A stretch of 64,000 nucleotides of DNA from Eledone cirrhosa (taxonomy: Eukaryota), in NCBI GenBank assembly GCA_964016885.1, contig OZ024744.1, positions 17,360,001-17,424,000 on the forward strand. The letters run 5' to 3'. Numbering within the stretch: position 1 is the stretch's first letter; each line of letters starts with the position of its first letter. The notes beneath the pieces are model-generated. The model was not told the origin of the DNA and searched no databases. It worked only from the letters and a program-made list of their open reading frames with translations. This document shows positions 44,201 through 60,139 of the stretch, one piece after another. The position numbers were made by a program, and so were the translations under genes.

Positions 44201-47200
44201 TACTCATTGCTGATCTGTACACCATCAGACATTGACGGCAGGTTGATACACATTGCTGACCTGTACACCATCAGATACTGACGGCAGGTTGATACTCATT
44301 GCTGCCCTGTACACCATCAGACATTGACGACAGGTTGATACTCATTGCTGACCTGTACACCACCAGACATTGACGACAGGTTGATACTCATTGCTGCCCT
44401 GTACACCATCAAGTATTGACGGCAGGTTGATACTCATTGCTGACCTGTACACCATCAGAACTTGACGGCAGGTTGGTACTCATTGCTGACCTATACACCA
44501 TCAGACACTGACGGCAGGTTGATACTCATTGCTGACCTGTACACCATCAGATACTGACGACAGGTTGATACTCATTGCTGACCTGTACACCATCAGACAT
44601 TGATGACAGGTTGATACTCATTGCTGACTTGTACACCATCAGACATTGACGACAGGTTGATACTCATTGCTGACCTGTACACCATCAGATACTGACGACA
44701 GGTTGATACTCATTGCTGACCTGTACACAATCAAGTATTGACGGCAGGTTGATACTCATTGCTGACCTGTACACCATCAGACATTGACGGCAGGTTGATA
44801 CTCATTGCTGACCTGTACACCATCAGACATTGACGACAGGTTAATACTCATTGCTGACCTGTACACCATCAGACATTGACGACAGTTTGATACTCATTGC
44901 TGACATGTACACCACCAGACATTGACGGCGGGTTGATACTCTTTGCTGACCTTTACACCATCAGATACTGACGATCGTTTGATAATCATTGCTGGCCTGT
45001 ACACCATCAGGTATTGACGGCAGGTTGATACGCATTGCTGACCTGTACACCATCAGGTATTGACGACAGGTTGATAGCATTGCTAACCTGTACACCATCA
45101 GACATTGACGACAGGTTGATACTCATTGCTGACCTGTACACCATCAGACATTGACAGCAGGTTGATACACATTGCTGACCTGTACACCATCATACATTGA
45201 CGACGGGTTGATACTCATTGCTGACCTCTACACCATCAGACATTGACGACAGGTTAATACTCATTGATGACCTGTACACCATCAGATATTGACGACATGT
45301 TGATACTCATTGCTGACCTGTACACCATCAGACATTGACGGCAGGTTGATACTCATTGCTGACCTGTACACCATCAGTTATTGACGACAAGTTGATACTC
45401 ATTGCTGACCTGTACACCATCAGATATTGACAGCAGGTTGATACTCATTGCTGACTTGTACACCATCAGACATTGACGACAGGTTGATACTCATTGCTGA
45501 CCTGTACACCATCAGACATTGACGGCAGGTTGATACTCATTGCTGACCTGTACACCATCAGACATTGACGGTAGGTTTATACTCATTGCTGACTTGTACA
45601 CCATCAGATACTGACGACAGGTTGATACTCATTGCTGACCTGTACACCATCAGACATTGACGGCAGGTTGATACTCATTGCTGATCTGTACACCATCAGA
45701 CATTGACGACAGGTTGATACTCATTGCTGACCTGTACACCATCGGATACTGACGACAGGTTGATACTCATTGCTGATCTGTACACCATCAGACATTGACG
45801 GCAGGTTGATACACATTGCTGACCTGTACACCATCAGATACTGACGGCAGGTTGATACTCATTGCTGCCCTGTACACCATCAGACATTGACGACAGGTTG
45901 ATACTCATTGCTTACCTGTACACCACCAGACATTGACGTCAGGTTGATAATCATTGCTGACCTGTACACCATCAGACATTGACGGCAGGTTGATACTCAT
46001 TGCTGACCTGTACACCATCATACATTGACGACAGTTTGATACTCATTGCTGACCTGTTCACCATCAGACATTGACGACAGGTTAATACTCATTGCTGACC
46101 TGTACACCATCAGGTATTGACGGCAGGTTAATACTCATTTCTGACCTGTAAACCATCAGACATTGACGGCAGGTTGATACTCATTGCTGACCTGTACACC
46201 ATCAGATATTGACGACATGTTGATACTCATTACTGACCTGTACACCATCAGACATTGACGGCAGGTTGATACTCATTGCTTACCTGTACACCATCAGATA
46301 TTGACGACATGTTGATACTCATTGCTGACCTGTACACCATCAGACATTGACGGCAGGTTGATACACATTGCTGACCTGTACGCCATCAGATACTGACGAC
46401 AGGTTGATACTCATTGCTGACTTGTACACCATCTGACATTGACGGAAGGTTGATACTCATTGCTGACCTGTACACCATCAGACATTGATGGTAGGTTGAT
46501 ACTCATTGCTGACCTGTACACCATCAGATACTGACGACAGGTTGATACTCATTGCTGACCTGTAACACCATCAGACACTGACGGCAGGTTTATACTCATT
46601 GCTGACCTGTACACCATCAGACATTGACGGCAGGTTGATACTCATTGCTGACCTGTACACCATCAGTTATTGACGACAAGTTGATACTCATTGTTGACCT
46701 GTACACCATCAGACATTGATGACAGGTTGATACTCATTGCTGACCTGTACACCATCAGAATTTGACGGCAGGTTGATACTCATTGCTGACATGTACACCA
46801 TCAGACATTGACGACAGGTTGATACTCATTGCTGACCTGTACACCATCAGATACTGACGACAGTTTGATACTCATTGCTGACCTGTTCACCATCAGACAT
46901 TGACGACAGGTTAATACTCATTGCTGACCTGTACACCATCAGGTATTGACGGCAGGTTGATACTCATTTCTGACCTGTACACCATCAGACATTGACGGCA
47001 GGTTGATACTCATTGCTGACCTGTACACCATCAGATATTGACGACATGTTGATACTCATTACTGACCTGTACACCATCAGACATTGACGGCAGGTTGATA
47101 CTCATTGCTTACCTGTACACCATCAGATATTGACGACATGTTGATACTCATTGCTGACCCGTACACCATCAGACATTGACGGCAGGTTGATACACATTGC

Positions 47201-47300
47201 TGACCTGTACGCCATCAGATACTGACGACAGGTTGATACTCATTGCTGACCTGTACACCATCAGACATTGACGGAAGGTTGATACTCATTGCTGACCTGT
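38270..47300. repeat. Tandem duplication, 98 monomers / 4,507-bp period (2 copies), each containing an internal ~1.6-kb duplication
   Basis: Markers recur at +4507: ttctc 38361/42868, ctttgctgaccttta 38825/43332, taacacc 42056/46563. 98x46-1=4507 (two 1-bp deletions and one insertion). The internal repeat is at +1609 (38825/40434; 35x46-1). Confidence 0.92.
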
Positions 47301-47319
47301 ACACCATCAGACATTGACG

Positions 47320-50300
47320 GCAGGTTGATACTCGTTGCTGACCTGTACACCATCAGGTATTGACGACAGGTTGGTACTCATTGTTGACCTTTACACCATC
47401 AGATACTGACGACAAGTTGATACTCATTGCTGACCTGTACACCATCAGATATTGACGACAGGTTGGTACTCATTGATGACCTGTACACCATCAGATACTG
47501 ACGAAAGGTTGATACTGATTGCTGACCTGTACACCATCAGGAATTGACGACAGGTTGATAAACATTGCTGACCTGTACACCATCAGACATTGACCACAGG
47601 TTGGTATTCATTGCTGACCTGTACAGCATCAGATACTGACGACAGGTTGATACTCATTGCTGCCCTGTACACCATCAAGTATTGACGGCAGGTTGATACT
47701 CATTGCTGACCTGTACACCATCAGACATTGACGGCAGGTTGGTACTCATTGCTGACCTATACACCATCAGACACTGACGATCGTTTGATAAACATTGCTG
47801 GCCTGTACACCATCAGGTATTGACGACAGGTTGATACACATTGTTGACCTGTACACCATCAGACATTGACGGCAGGTTGATACGCATTGCTGACCTGTAC
47901 ACCATCAGGTATTGACGACAGGTTGATAGCATTGCTAACCTGTACACCATCAGACATTGACGACAGGTTGATACTCATTGCTGACCTGTACACCATCAGA
48001 CATTGACAGCAGGTTGATACACATTGCTGACCTGTACACCATCATACATTGACGACGGGTTGATACTCATTGCTGACCTCTACACCATCAGACATTGACG
48101 ACAGGTTAATACTCATTGCTGACTTGTACACCATCAGGTATTGACGGCAGGTTGATACTCATTTCTGACCTGTACACCATCAGACATTGACGGCAGGTTG
48201 ATACTCATTGCTGACCTGTACACCATCAGATATTGACGACATGTTGATACTCATTGCTGACCTGTACACCATCAGACATTGACGGCAGGTTGATACTCAT
48301 TGCTGACCTGTACACCATCAGTTATATGACGACAAGTTGATACTCATTGCTGACCTGTACACCATCAGATATTGACAGCAGGTTGATACTCATTGCTGAC
48401 TTGTACACCATCAGACATTGACGACAGGTTGATACTCATTGCTGACCTGTACACCATCAGACATTGACGGCAGGTTGATACACATTGCTGACCTGTACGC
48501 CATCAGATACTGACGACAGGTTGATACTCATTGCTGACCTGTACACCATCAGACATTGACGGAAGGTTGATACTCATTGCTGACCTGTACACCATCAGAC
48601 ATTGATGGTAGGTTGATACTCATTGCTGACCTGTACACCATCAGATACTGACGACAGGTGGATACTCATTGCTGACCTGTAACACCATCAGACACTGACG
48701 GCAGGTTTATACTCATTGCTGACCTGTACACCATCAGACATTGACGGCAGGTTGATACTCATTGCTGACCTGTACACCATCAGTTATTGACGACAAGTTG
48801 ATACTCATTGTTGACCTGTACACCATCAGATATTGATGACAGGTTGATACTCATTGCTGACCTGTACACCATCAGAATTTGACGGCAGGTTGATACTCAT
48901 TGCTGACATGTACACCATCAGACATTGACGACAGGTTGATACTCATTGCTGACCTGTACACCATCAGATACTGACGACAGGTTGATACTCATTGCTGACC
49001 TGTACACCATCAGACACTGACGGCAGGTTGATACTCATTGCTGACCTGTACACCATCAGGTATTGACGACAGGTTGATACTCATTGCTGAGCTGTAGACC
49101 ATCAGACATTGACGGCAGGTTGATACTCATTGCTGACCTGTACACCATCAGATACTGACGACAGGTTGATACTCATTGCTGACCTGTACAACATCAGATA
49201 CTGACGACAGGTTGATACTCGTTGCTGACCTGTACACCATCAGGTATTGACGACAGGTTGGTACTCATTGTTGACCTTTACACCATCAGATACTGACAAG
49301 TTGATACTCATTGCTGACCTGTACACCATCAGATATTGACGACAGGTTGGTACTCATTGATGACCTGTACACCATCAGATACTGACGAAAGGTTGATACT
49401 GATTGCTGACCTGTACACCATCAGGAATTGACGACAGGTTGATAAACATTGCTGACCTGTACACCATCAGACATTGACCACAGGTTGGTATTCATTGCTG
49501 ACCTGTACAGCATCAGATACTGACGACAGGTTGATACTCATTGCTGCCCTGTACACCATCAAGTATTGACGGCAGGTTGATACTCATTGCTGACCTGTAC
49601 ACCATCAGACATTGACGGCAGGTTGGTACTCATTGCTGACCTATACACCATCAGACACTGACGATCGTTTGATAAACATTGCTGGCCTGTACACCATCAG
49701 GTATTGACGACAGGTTGATACACATTGTTGACCTGTACACCATCAGACATTTACGGCAGGTTGATACGCATTGCTGACCTGTACACCATCAGGTATTGAC
49801 GACAGGTTGATAGCATTGCTAACCTGTACACCATCAGACATTGACGACAGGTTGATACTCATTGCTGACCTGTACACCATCAGACATTGACAGCAGGTTG
49901 ATACACATTGCTGACCTGTACACCATCATACATTGACGACGGGTTGATACTCATTGCTGACCTCTACACCATCAGACATTGACGACAGGTTAATACTCAT
50001 TGCTGACTTGTACACCATCAGGTATTGACGGCAGGTTGATACTCATTTCTGACCTGTACACCATCAGACATTGACGGCAGGTTGATACTCATTGCTGACC
50101 TGTACACCATCAGATATTGACGACATGTTGATACTCATTGCTGACCTGTACACCATCAGACATTGACGGCAGGTTGATACTCATTGCTGACCTGTACACC
50201 ATCAGTTATATGACGACAAGTTGATACTCATTGCTGACCGGTACACCATCAGATATTGACAGCAGGTTGATACTCATTGCTGACTTGTACACCATCAGAC

Positions 50301-53300
50301 ATTGACGACAGGTTGATACTCATTGCTGACCTGTACACCATCAGACATTGACGGCAGGTTGATACTCATTGCTGACCTGTACACCATCAGACATTGACGG
50401 TAGGTTTATACTCATTGCTGACTTGTACACCATCAGATACTGACGACAGGTTGATACTCATTGCTGACCTGTACACCATCAGACATTGACGGCAGGTTGA
50501 TACTCATTGCTGACCTGTACACCATCAGACATTGACGACAGGTTGATACTCATTGCTGACCTGTACACCATCGGATACTGACGACAGGTTGATACTCATT
50601 GCTGATCTGTACACCATCAGACATTGACGGCAGGTTGATACACATTGCTGACCTGTACACCATCAGATACTGACGGCAGGTTGATACTCATTGCTGCCCT
50701 GTACACCATCAGACATTGACGACAGGTTGATACTCATTGCTGACCTGTACACCACCAGACATTGACGACAGGTTGATACTCATTGCTGACCTGTACACCA
50801 TCAGACATTGACGGCAGGTTGATACTCATTGCTGACCTGTACACCATCATACATTGACGACAGTTTGATACTCATTGCTGACCTGTTCACCATTAGACAT
50901 TGACGACAGGTTAATACTCATTGCTGACCTGTACACCACCAGGTATTGACGGCAGGTTGATACTCATTTCTGACCTGTACACCATCAGACATTGACGGCA
51001 GGTTGATACTCATTGCTGACCTGTACACCATCAGATATTGACGACATGTTGATACTCATTACTGACCTGTACACCATCAGACATTGACGGCAGGTTGATA
51101 CTCATTGCTTACCTGTACACCATCAGATATTGACGACATGTTGATACTCATTGCTGACCTGTACACCATCAGACATTGACGGCAGGTTGATACACATTGC
51201 TGACCTGTACGCCATCAGATACTGACGACAGGTTGATACTCATTGCTGACCTGTACACCATCAGACATTGACGGTTGGTTGATACTCATTGCTGACCTGT
51301 ACACCATCAGACATTGATGGTAGGTTGATACTCATTGCTGCCCTGTACACCATCAAGTATTGACGGCAGGTTGATACTCATTGCTGACCTGTACACCATC
51401 AGACATTGACGGCAGGTTGGTACTCATTGCTGACCTATACACCATCAGACACTGACGATCGTTTGATAAACATTGCTGGCCTGTACACCATCAGGTATTG
51501 ACGACAGGTTGATACACATTGTTGACCTGTACACCATCAGACATTGACGGCAGGTTGATACGCATTGCTGACCTGTACACCATCAGGTATTGACGACAGG
51601 TTGATAGCATTGCTAACCTGTACACCATCAGACATTGACGACAGGTTGATACTCATTGCTGACCTGTACACCATCAGACATTGACAGCAGGTTGATACAC
51701 ATTGCTGACCTGTACACCATCATACATTGACGACGGGTTGATACTCATTGCTGACCTCTACACCATCAGACATTGACGACAGGTTAATACTCATTGCTGA
51801 CTTGTACACCATCAGGTATTGACGGCAGGTTGATACTCATTTCTGACCTGTACACCATCAGACATTGACGGCAGGTTGATACTCATTGCTGACCTGTACA
51901 CCATCAGACATTGACGGCAGGTTGATACTCATTGCTGACCTGTACACCATCAGTTATATGACGACAAGTTGATACTCATTGCTGACCGGTACACCATCAG
52001 ATATTGACAGCAGGTTGATACTCATTGCTGACTTGTACACCATCAGACATTGACGACAGGTTGATACTCATTGCTGACCTGTACACCATCAGACATTGAC
52101 GGCAGGTTGATACTCATTGCTGACCTGTACACCATCAGACATTGACGGTAGGTTTATACTCATTGCTGACTTGTACACCATCAGATACTGACGACAGGTT
52201 GATACTCATTGCTGACCTGTACACCATCAGACATTGACGGCAGGTTGATACTCATTGCTGACCTGTACACCATCAGACATTGACGACAGGTTGATACTCA
52301 TTGCTGACCTGTACACCATCGGATACTGACGACAGGTTGATACTCATTGCTGATCTGTACACCATCAGACATTGACGGCAGGTTGATACACATTGCTGAC
52401 CTGTACACCATCAGATGCTGACGGCAGGTTGATACTCATTGCTGCCCTGTACACCATCAGACATTGACGACAGGTTGATACTCATTGCTGACCTGTACAC
52501 CACCAGACATTGACGACAGGTTGATACTCATTGCTGACCTGTACACCATCAGACATTGACGGCAGGTTGATACTCATTGCTGACCTGTACACCATCATAC
52601 ATTGACGACAGTTTGATACTCATTGCTGACCTGTTCACCATTAGACATTGACGACAGGTTAATACTCATTGCTGACCTGTACACCACCAGGTATTGACGG
52701 CAGGTTGATACTCATTTCTGACCTGTACACCATCAGACATTGACGGCAGGTTGATACTCATTGCTGACCTGTACACCATCAGATATTGACGACATGTTGA
52801 TACTCATTACTGACCTGTACACCATCAGACATTGACGGCAGGTTGATACTCATTGCTTACCTGTACACCATCAGATATTGACGACATGTTGATACTCATT
52901 GCTGACCTGTACACCATCAGACATTGACGGCAGGTTGATACACATTGCTGACCTGTACACCATCAGACATTGACGGTTGGTTGATACTCATTGCTGACCT
53001 GTACACCATCAGACATTGATGGTAGGTTGATACTCATTGCTGACCTGTACACCATCAGATACTGACGACAGGTTGATACTCATTGCTGACCTGTAACACC
53101 ATCAGACACTGACGGCAGGTTTATACTCATTGCTGACCTGTACACCATCAGACATTGACGGCAGGTTGATACTCATTGCTGACCTGTACACCATCAGTTA
53201 TTGACGACAAGTTGATACTCATTGTTGACCTGTACACCATCAGACATTGATGACAGGTTGATACTCATTGCTGACCTGTACACCATCAGAATTTGACGGC

Positions 53301-56100
53301 AGGTTGATACTCATTGCTGACATGTACACCATCAGACATTGACGACAGGTTGATACTCATTGCTGACCTGTACACCATCAGATACTGACGACAGGTTGAT
53401 ACTCATTGCTGACTTGTACACCATCAGACACTGACGGCAGGTTGATACTCATTGCTGACCTGTACACCATCAGGTATTGACGACAGGTTGATACTCATTG
53501 CTGACCTGTAGACCATCAGACATTGACGGCAGGTTGATACGCATTGCTGACCTGTACACCATCAGATACTGACGACAGGTTGATACTCATTGCTGACCTG
53601 TACAACATCAGATACTGACGACAGGTTGATACTCGTTGCTGACCTGTACACCATCAGGTATTGACGACAGGTTGGTACTCATTGTTGACCTGTACACCAT
53701 CAGACATTGACAGCAGGTTGATACACATTGCTGACCTGTACACCATCATACATTGACGACGGGTTGATACTCATTGCTGACCTCTACACCATCAGACATT
53801 GACGACAGGTTAATACTCATTGCTGACTTGTACACCATCAGGTATTGACGGCAGGTTGATACTCATTTCTGACCTGTACACCATCAGACATTGACGGCAG
53901 GTTGATACTCATTGCTGACCTGTACACCATCAGATATTGACGACATGTTGATACTCATTGCTGACCTGTACACCATCAGACATTGACGGCAGGTTGATAC
54001 TCATTGCTGACCTGTACACCATCAGTTATATGACGACAAGTTGATACTCATTGCTGACCTGTACACCATCAGATATTGACAGCAGGTTGATACTCATTGC
54101 TGACTTGTACACCATCAGACATTGACGACAGGTTGATACTCATTGCTGACCTGTACACCATCAGACATTGACGGCAGGTTGATACTCATTGCTGACCTGT
54201 ACACCATCAGACATTGACGGTAGGTTTATACTCATTGCTGACTTGTACACCATCAGATACTGACGACAGGTTGATACTCATTGCTGACCTGTACACCATC
54301 AGACATTGACGACAGGTTGATACTCATTGCTGACCTGTACACCATCGGATACTGACGACAGGTTGATACTCATTGCTGATCTGTACACCATCAGACATTG
54401 ACGGCAGGTTGATACACATTGCTGACCTGTACACCATCAGATACTGACGGCAGGTTGATACTCATTGCTGACCTGTACACCATCAGACATTGACGACAGG
54501 TTGATACTCATTGCTGACCTGTACACCACCAGACATTGACGACAGGTTGATACTCATTGCTGACCTGTACACCATCAGACATTGACGGCAGGTTGATACT
54601 CATTGCTGACATGTACACCATCAGACATTGACGACAGGTTGATACTCATTGCTGACCTGTACACCATCAGATACTGACGACAGGTTGATACTCATTGCTG
54701 ACTTGTACACCATCAGACACTGACGGCAGGTTGATACTCATTGCTGACCTGTACACCATCATGTATTGACGACAGGTTGATACTCATTGCTGACCTGTAG
54801 ACCATCAGACATTGACGGCAGGTTGATACTCATTGCTGACCTGTACACCATCAGATACTGACGACAGGTTGATACTCATTGCTGACCTGTACAACATCAG
54901 ATACTGACGACAGGTTGATACTCGTTGCTGACCTGTACACCATCAGGTATTGACGACAGGTTGGTACTCATTGTTGACCTGTACACCATCAGACATTGAC
55001 AGCAGGTTGATACACATTGCTGACCTGTACACCATCATACATTGACGACGGGTTGATACTCATTGCTGACCTCTACGCCATCAGACATTGACGACAGGTT
55101 AATACTCATTGCTGACTTGTACACCATCAGGTATTGACGGCAGGTTGATACTCATTTCTGGCCTGTACACCATCAGACATTGACGGCAGGTTGATACTCA
55201 TTGCTGACCTGTACACCATCAGATATTGACGACATGTTGATACTCATTGCTGACCTGTACACCATCAGACATTGACGGCAGGTTGATACTCATTGCTGAC
55301 CTGTACACCATCAGTTATATGACGACAAGTTGATACTCATTGCTGACCTGTACACCATCAGATATTGACAGCAGGTTGATACTCATTGCTGACTTGTACA
55401 CCATCAGACATTGACGACAGGTTGATACTCATTGCTGACCTGTACACCATCAGACATTGACGGCAGGTTGATACTCATTGCTGACCTGTACACCATCAGA
55501 CATTGACGGTAGGTTTATACTCATTGCTGACTTGTACACCATCAGATACTGACGACAGGTTGATACTCATTGCTGACCTGTACACCATCAGACATTGACG
55601 GCAGGTTGATACTCATTGCTGACCTGTACACCATCAGACATTGACGACAGGTTGATACTCATTGCTGACCTGTACACCATCGGATACTGACGACAGGTTG
55701 ATACTCATTGCTGATCTGTACACCATCAGACATTGACGGCAGGTTGATACACATTGCTGACCTGTATACCATCAGATACTGACGGCAGGTTGATACTCAT
55801 TGCTGACCTGTACACCATCAGACATTGACGACAGGTTGATACTCATTGCTGACCTGTACACCACCAGACATTGACGACAGGTTGATACTCATTGCTGACC
55901 TGTACACCATCAGACATTGACGGCAGGTTGATACTCATTGCTGACCTGTACACCATCATACATTGACGACAGTTTGATACTCATTGCTGACCTCTACACC
56001 ATCAGACATTGACGACAGGTTAATACTCATTGCTGACTTGTACACCATCAGGTATTGACGGCAGGTTCATACTCATTTCTGACCTGTACACCATCAGACA
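47320..56100. repeat. Irregular 1.3-2.1 kb higher-order blocks
   Basis: The insertion marker gttatatgac occurs at 48321, 50205, 51953, 54025 and 55314. Each sits in the same local context (gacgacggg, cctctacacc upstream), but spacing varies. Confidence 0.8.
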
Positions 56101-58499
56101 TTGACGGCAGGTTGATACTCATTGCTGACCTGTACACCATCAGATATTGACGACATGTTGATACTCATTACTGACCTGTACACCATCAGACATTGACGGC
56201 AGGTTGATACTCATTGCTTACCTGTACACCATCAGATATTGACGACATGTTGATACTCATTGCTGACCTGTACACCATCAGACATTGACGGCAGGTTGAT
56301 ACACATTGCTGACCTGTACGCCATCAGATACTGACGACAGGTTGATACTCATTGCTGACCTGTACACCATCAGACATTGACGGTTGGTTGATACTCATTG
56401 CTGACCTGTACACCATCAGACATTGATGGTAGGTTGATACTCATTGCTGACCTGTACACCATCAGATACTGACGACAGGTTGATACTCATTGCTGACCTG
56501 TAACACCATCAGACACTGACGGCAGGTTTATACTCATTGCTGACCTGTACACCATCAGACATTGACGGCAGGTTGATACTCATTGCTGACCTGTACACCA
56601 TCAGTTATTGACGACAAGTTGATACTCATTGTTGACCTGTACACCATCAGACATTGATGACAGGTTGATACTCATTGCTGACCTGTACACCATCAGAATT
56701 TGACGGCAGGTTGATACTCATTGCTGACATGTACACCATCAGACATTGACGACAGGTTGATACTCATTGCTGACCTGTACACCATCAGATACTGACGACA
56801 GGTTGATACTCATTGCTGACTTGTACACCATCAGACACTGACGGAAGGTTGATACTCATTGCTGACCTGTACACCATCAGGTATTGACGACAGGTTGATA
56901 CTCGTTGCTGACCTGTACACCATCAGGTATTGACGACAGGTTGGTACTCATTGTTGACCTGTACACCATCAGATACTGACGACAAGTTGATACTCATTGC
57001 TGACCTGTACACCATCAGATATTGACGACAGGTTGGTACTCATTGATGACCTGTACACCATCAGATACTGACGAAAGGTTGATACTCATTGCTGACCTGT
57101 ACACCATCAGAAATTGACGACAGGTTGATAAACATTGCTGACCTGTACACCATCAGACATTGACCACAGGTTGGTATTCATTGCTGACCTGTACAGCATC
57201 AGATACTGACGACAGGTTGATACTCATTGCTGCCCTGTACACCATCAAGTATTGACGGCAGGTTGATACTCATTGCTGACCTGTACACCATCAGACATTG
57301 ACGGCAGGTTGGTACTCATTGCTGACCTATACACCATCAGACACTGACGGCAGGTTGATATTCATTGCTGACCTGTACACCATCAGATACTGACGACAGG
57401 TTGATACTCATTGCTGACCTGTACACCATCAGACATTGATGACAGGTTGGTACTCATTGCTGACCTGTACACCATCAGACATTGACGACAGGTTGATACT
57501 CATTGCTGACCTGTACACCATCAGGTATTGACAGCAGGTTGATACTCATTGCTGACCTGTACACCATCAGACATTGACGGCAGGTTGATACTCATTGCTG
57601 ACCTGTACACCATCAGGTATTGACGACAGGTTGATACTCATTGCTGACCTGTACACCATCAGACATTGATGACAGGTTGGTACTCATTGCTGACCTGTAC
57701 ACCATCAGATACTGACGACAGGTTGATACTCATTGCTGACCTGTACACAATCAAGTATTGACGGCAGGTTGATACTCATTGCTGACCTGTACACCATCAG
57801 ACATTGACGACAGGTTGATACTCATTGCTGACCTGTACACCATCGGATACTGACGACAGGTTGATACTCATTGCTGATCTGTACACCATCAGACATTGAC
57901 GGCAGGTTGATACACATTGCTGACCTGTACACCATCAGATACTGACGGCAGGTTCATACTCATTGCTGCCCTGTACACCATCAGACATTGACGACAGGTT
58001 GATACTCATTGCTGACCTGTACACCACCAGACATTGACGACAGGTTGATACTCATTGCTGCCCTGTACACCATCAAGTATTGACGGCAGGTTGATACTCA
58101 TTGCTGACCTGTACACCATCAGACATTGACGGCAGGTTGGTACTCATTGCTGACCTATACACCATCAGACACTGACGGCAGGTTGATACTCATTGCTGAC
58201 CTGTACACCATCAGATACTGAAGACAGGTTGATACTCATTGCTGACCTGTACACCATCAGACATTGATGACAGGTTGATACTCATTGCTGACTTGTACAC
58301 CATCAGACATTGACGACAGGTTGATACTCATTGCTGACCTGTACACCATCAGGTATTGACAGCAGGTTGATACTCATTGCTGACCTGTACACCATCAGAC
58401 ATTGACGGCAGGTTGATACTCATTGCTGACCTGTACACCATCAGGTATTGACGACAGGTTGATACTCATTGCTGACCTGTACACCATCAGACATTGACG

Positions 58500-60110
58500 A
58501 CAGGTTGGTACTCATTGCTGACCTGTACACCATCAGACATTGACGGCAGGTTGATACTCATTGCTTACCTGTACACCATCAGATATTGACGACATGTTGA
58601 TACTCATTGCTGACCTGTACACCATCAGACATTGACGGCAGGTTGATACACATTGCTGACCTGTACGCCATCAGATACTGACGACAGGTTGATACTCATT
58701 GCTGACCTGTACACCATCAGACATTGACGGTTGGTTGATACTCATTGCTGACCTGTACACCATCAGACATTGATGGTAGGTTGATACTCATTGCTGACCT
58801 GTACACCATCAGATACTGACGACAGGTTGATACTCATTGCTGACCTGTAACACCATCAGACACTGACGGCAGGTTTATACTCATTGCTGACCTGTACACC
58901 ATCAGACATTGACGGCAGGTTGATACTCATTGCTGACCTGTACACCATCAGTTATTGACGACAAGTTGATACTCATTGTTGACCTGTACACCATCAGACA
59001 TTGATGACAGGTTGATACTCATTGCTGACCTGTACACCATCAGAATTTGACGGCAGGTTGATACTCATTGCTGACATGTACACCATCAGACATTGACGAC
59101 AGGTTGATACTCATTGCTGACCTGTACACCATCAGATACTGACGACAGGTTGATACTCATTGCTGACTTGTACACCATCAGCCACTGACGGCATGTTGAT
59201 ACTCATTGCTGACCTGTACACCATCAGGTATTGACGACAGGTTGATACTCATTGCTGACCTGTAGACCATCAGACATTGACGGCAGGTTGATACTCATTG
59301 CTGACCTGTACACCATCAGACATTGACGACAGGTTGGTACTCATTGCTGACCTGTACACCATCAGACATTGACGGCAGGTTGATACTCATTGCTTACCTG
59401 TACACCATCAGATATTGACGACATGTTGATACTCATTGCTGACCTGTACACCATCAGACATTGACGGCAGGTTGATACACATTGCTGACCTGTACGCCAT
59501 CAGATACTGACGACAGGTTGATACTCATTGCTGACCTGTACACCATCAGACATTGACGGTTGGTTGATACTCATTGCTGACCTGTACACCATCAGACATT
59601 GATGGTAGGTTGATACTCATTGCTGACCTGTACACCATCAGATACTGACGACAGGTTGATACTCATTGCTGACCTGTAACACCATCAGACACTGACGGCA
59701 GGTTTATACTCATTGCTGACCTGTACACCATCAGACATTGACGGCAGGTTGATACTCATTGCTGACCTGTACACCATCAGTTATTGACGACAAGTTGATA
59801 CTCATTGTTGACCTGTACACCATCAGACATTGATGACAGGTTGATACTCATTGCTGACCTGTACACCATCAGAATTTGACGGCAGGTTGATACTCATTGC
59901 TGACATGTACACCATCAGACATTGACGACAGGTTGATACTCATTGCTGACCTGTACACCATCAGATACTGACGACAGGTTGATACTCATTGCTGACTTGT
60001 ACACCATCAGACATTGACGGAAGGTTGATACTCATTGCTGACCTGTACACCATCAGGTATTGACGACAGGTTGATACTCATTGCTGACCTGTAGACCATC
60101 AGACATTGAC
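58500..60110. repeat. Tandem duplication, 18 monomers / 829-bp period
   Basis: ggttggtt at 58729/59558 and taacacc at 58848/59677. 18x46+1=829. Confidence 0.88.
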
Positions 60111-60139
60111 GGCAGGTTGATACTCATTGCTGACCTGTA

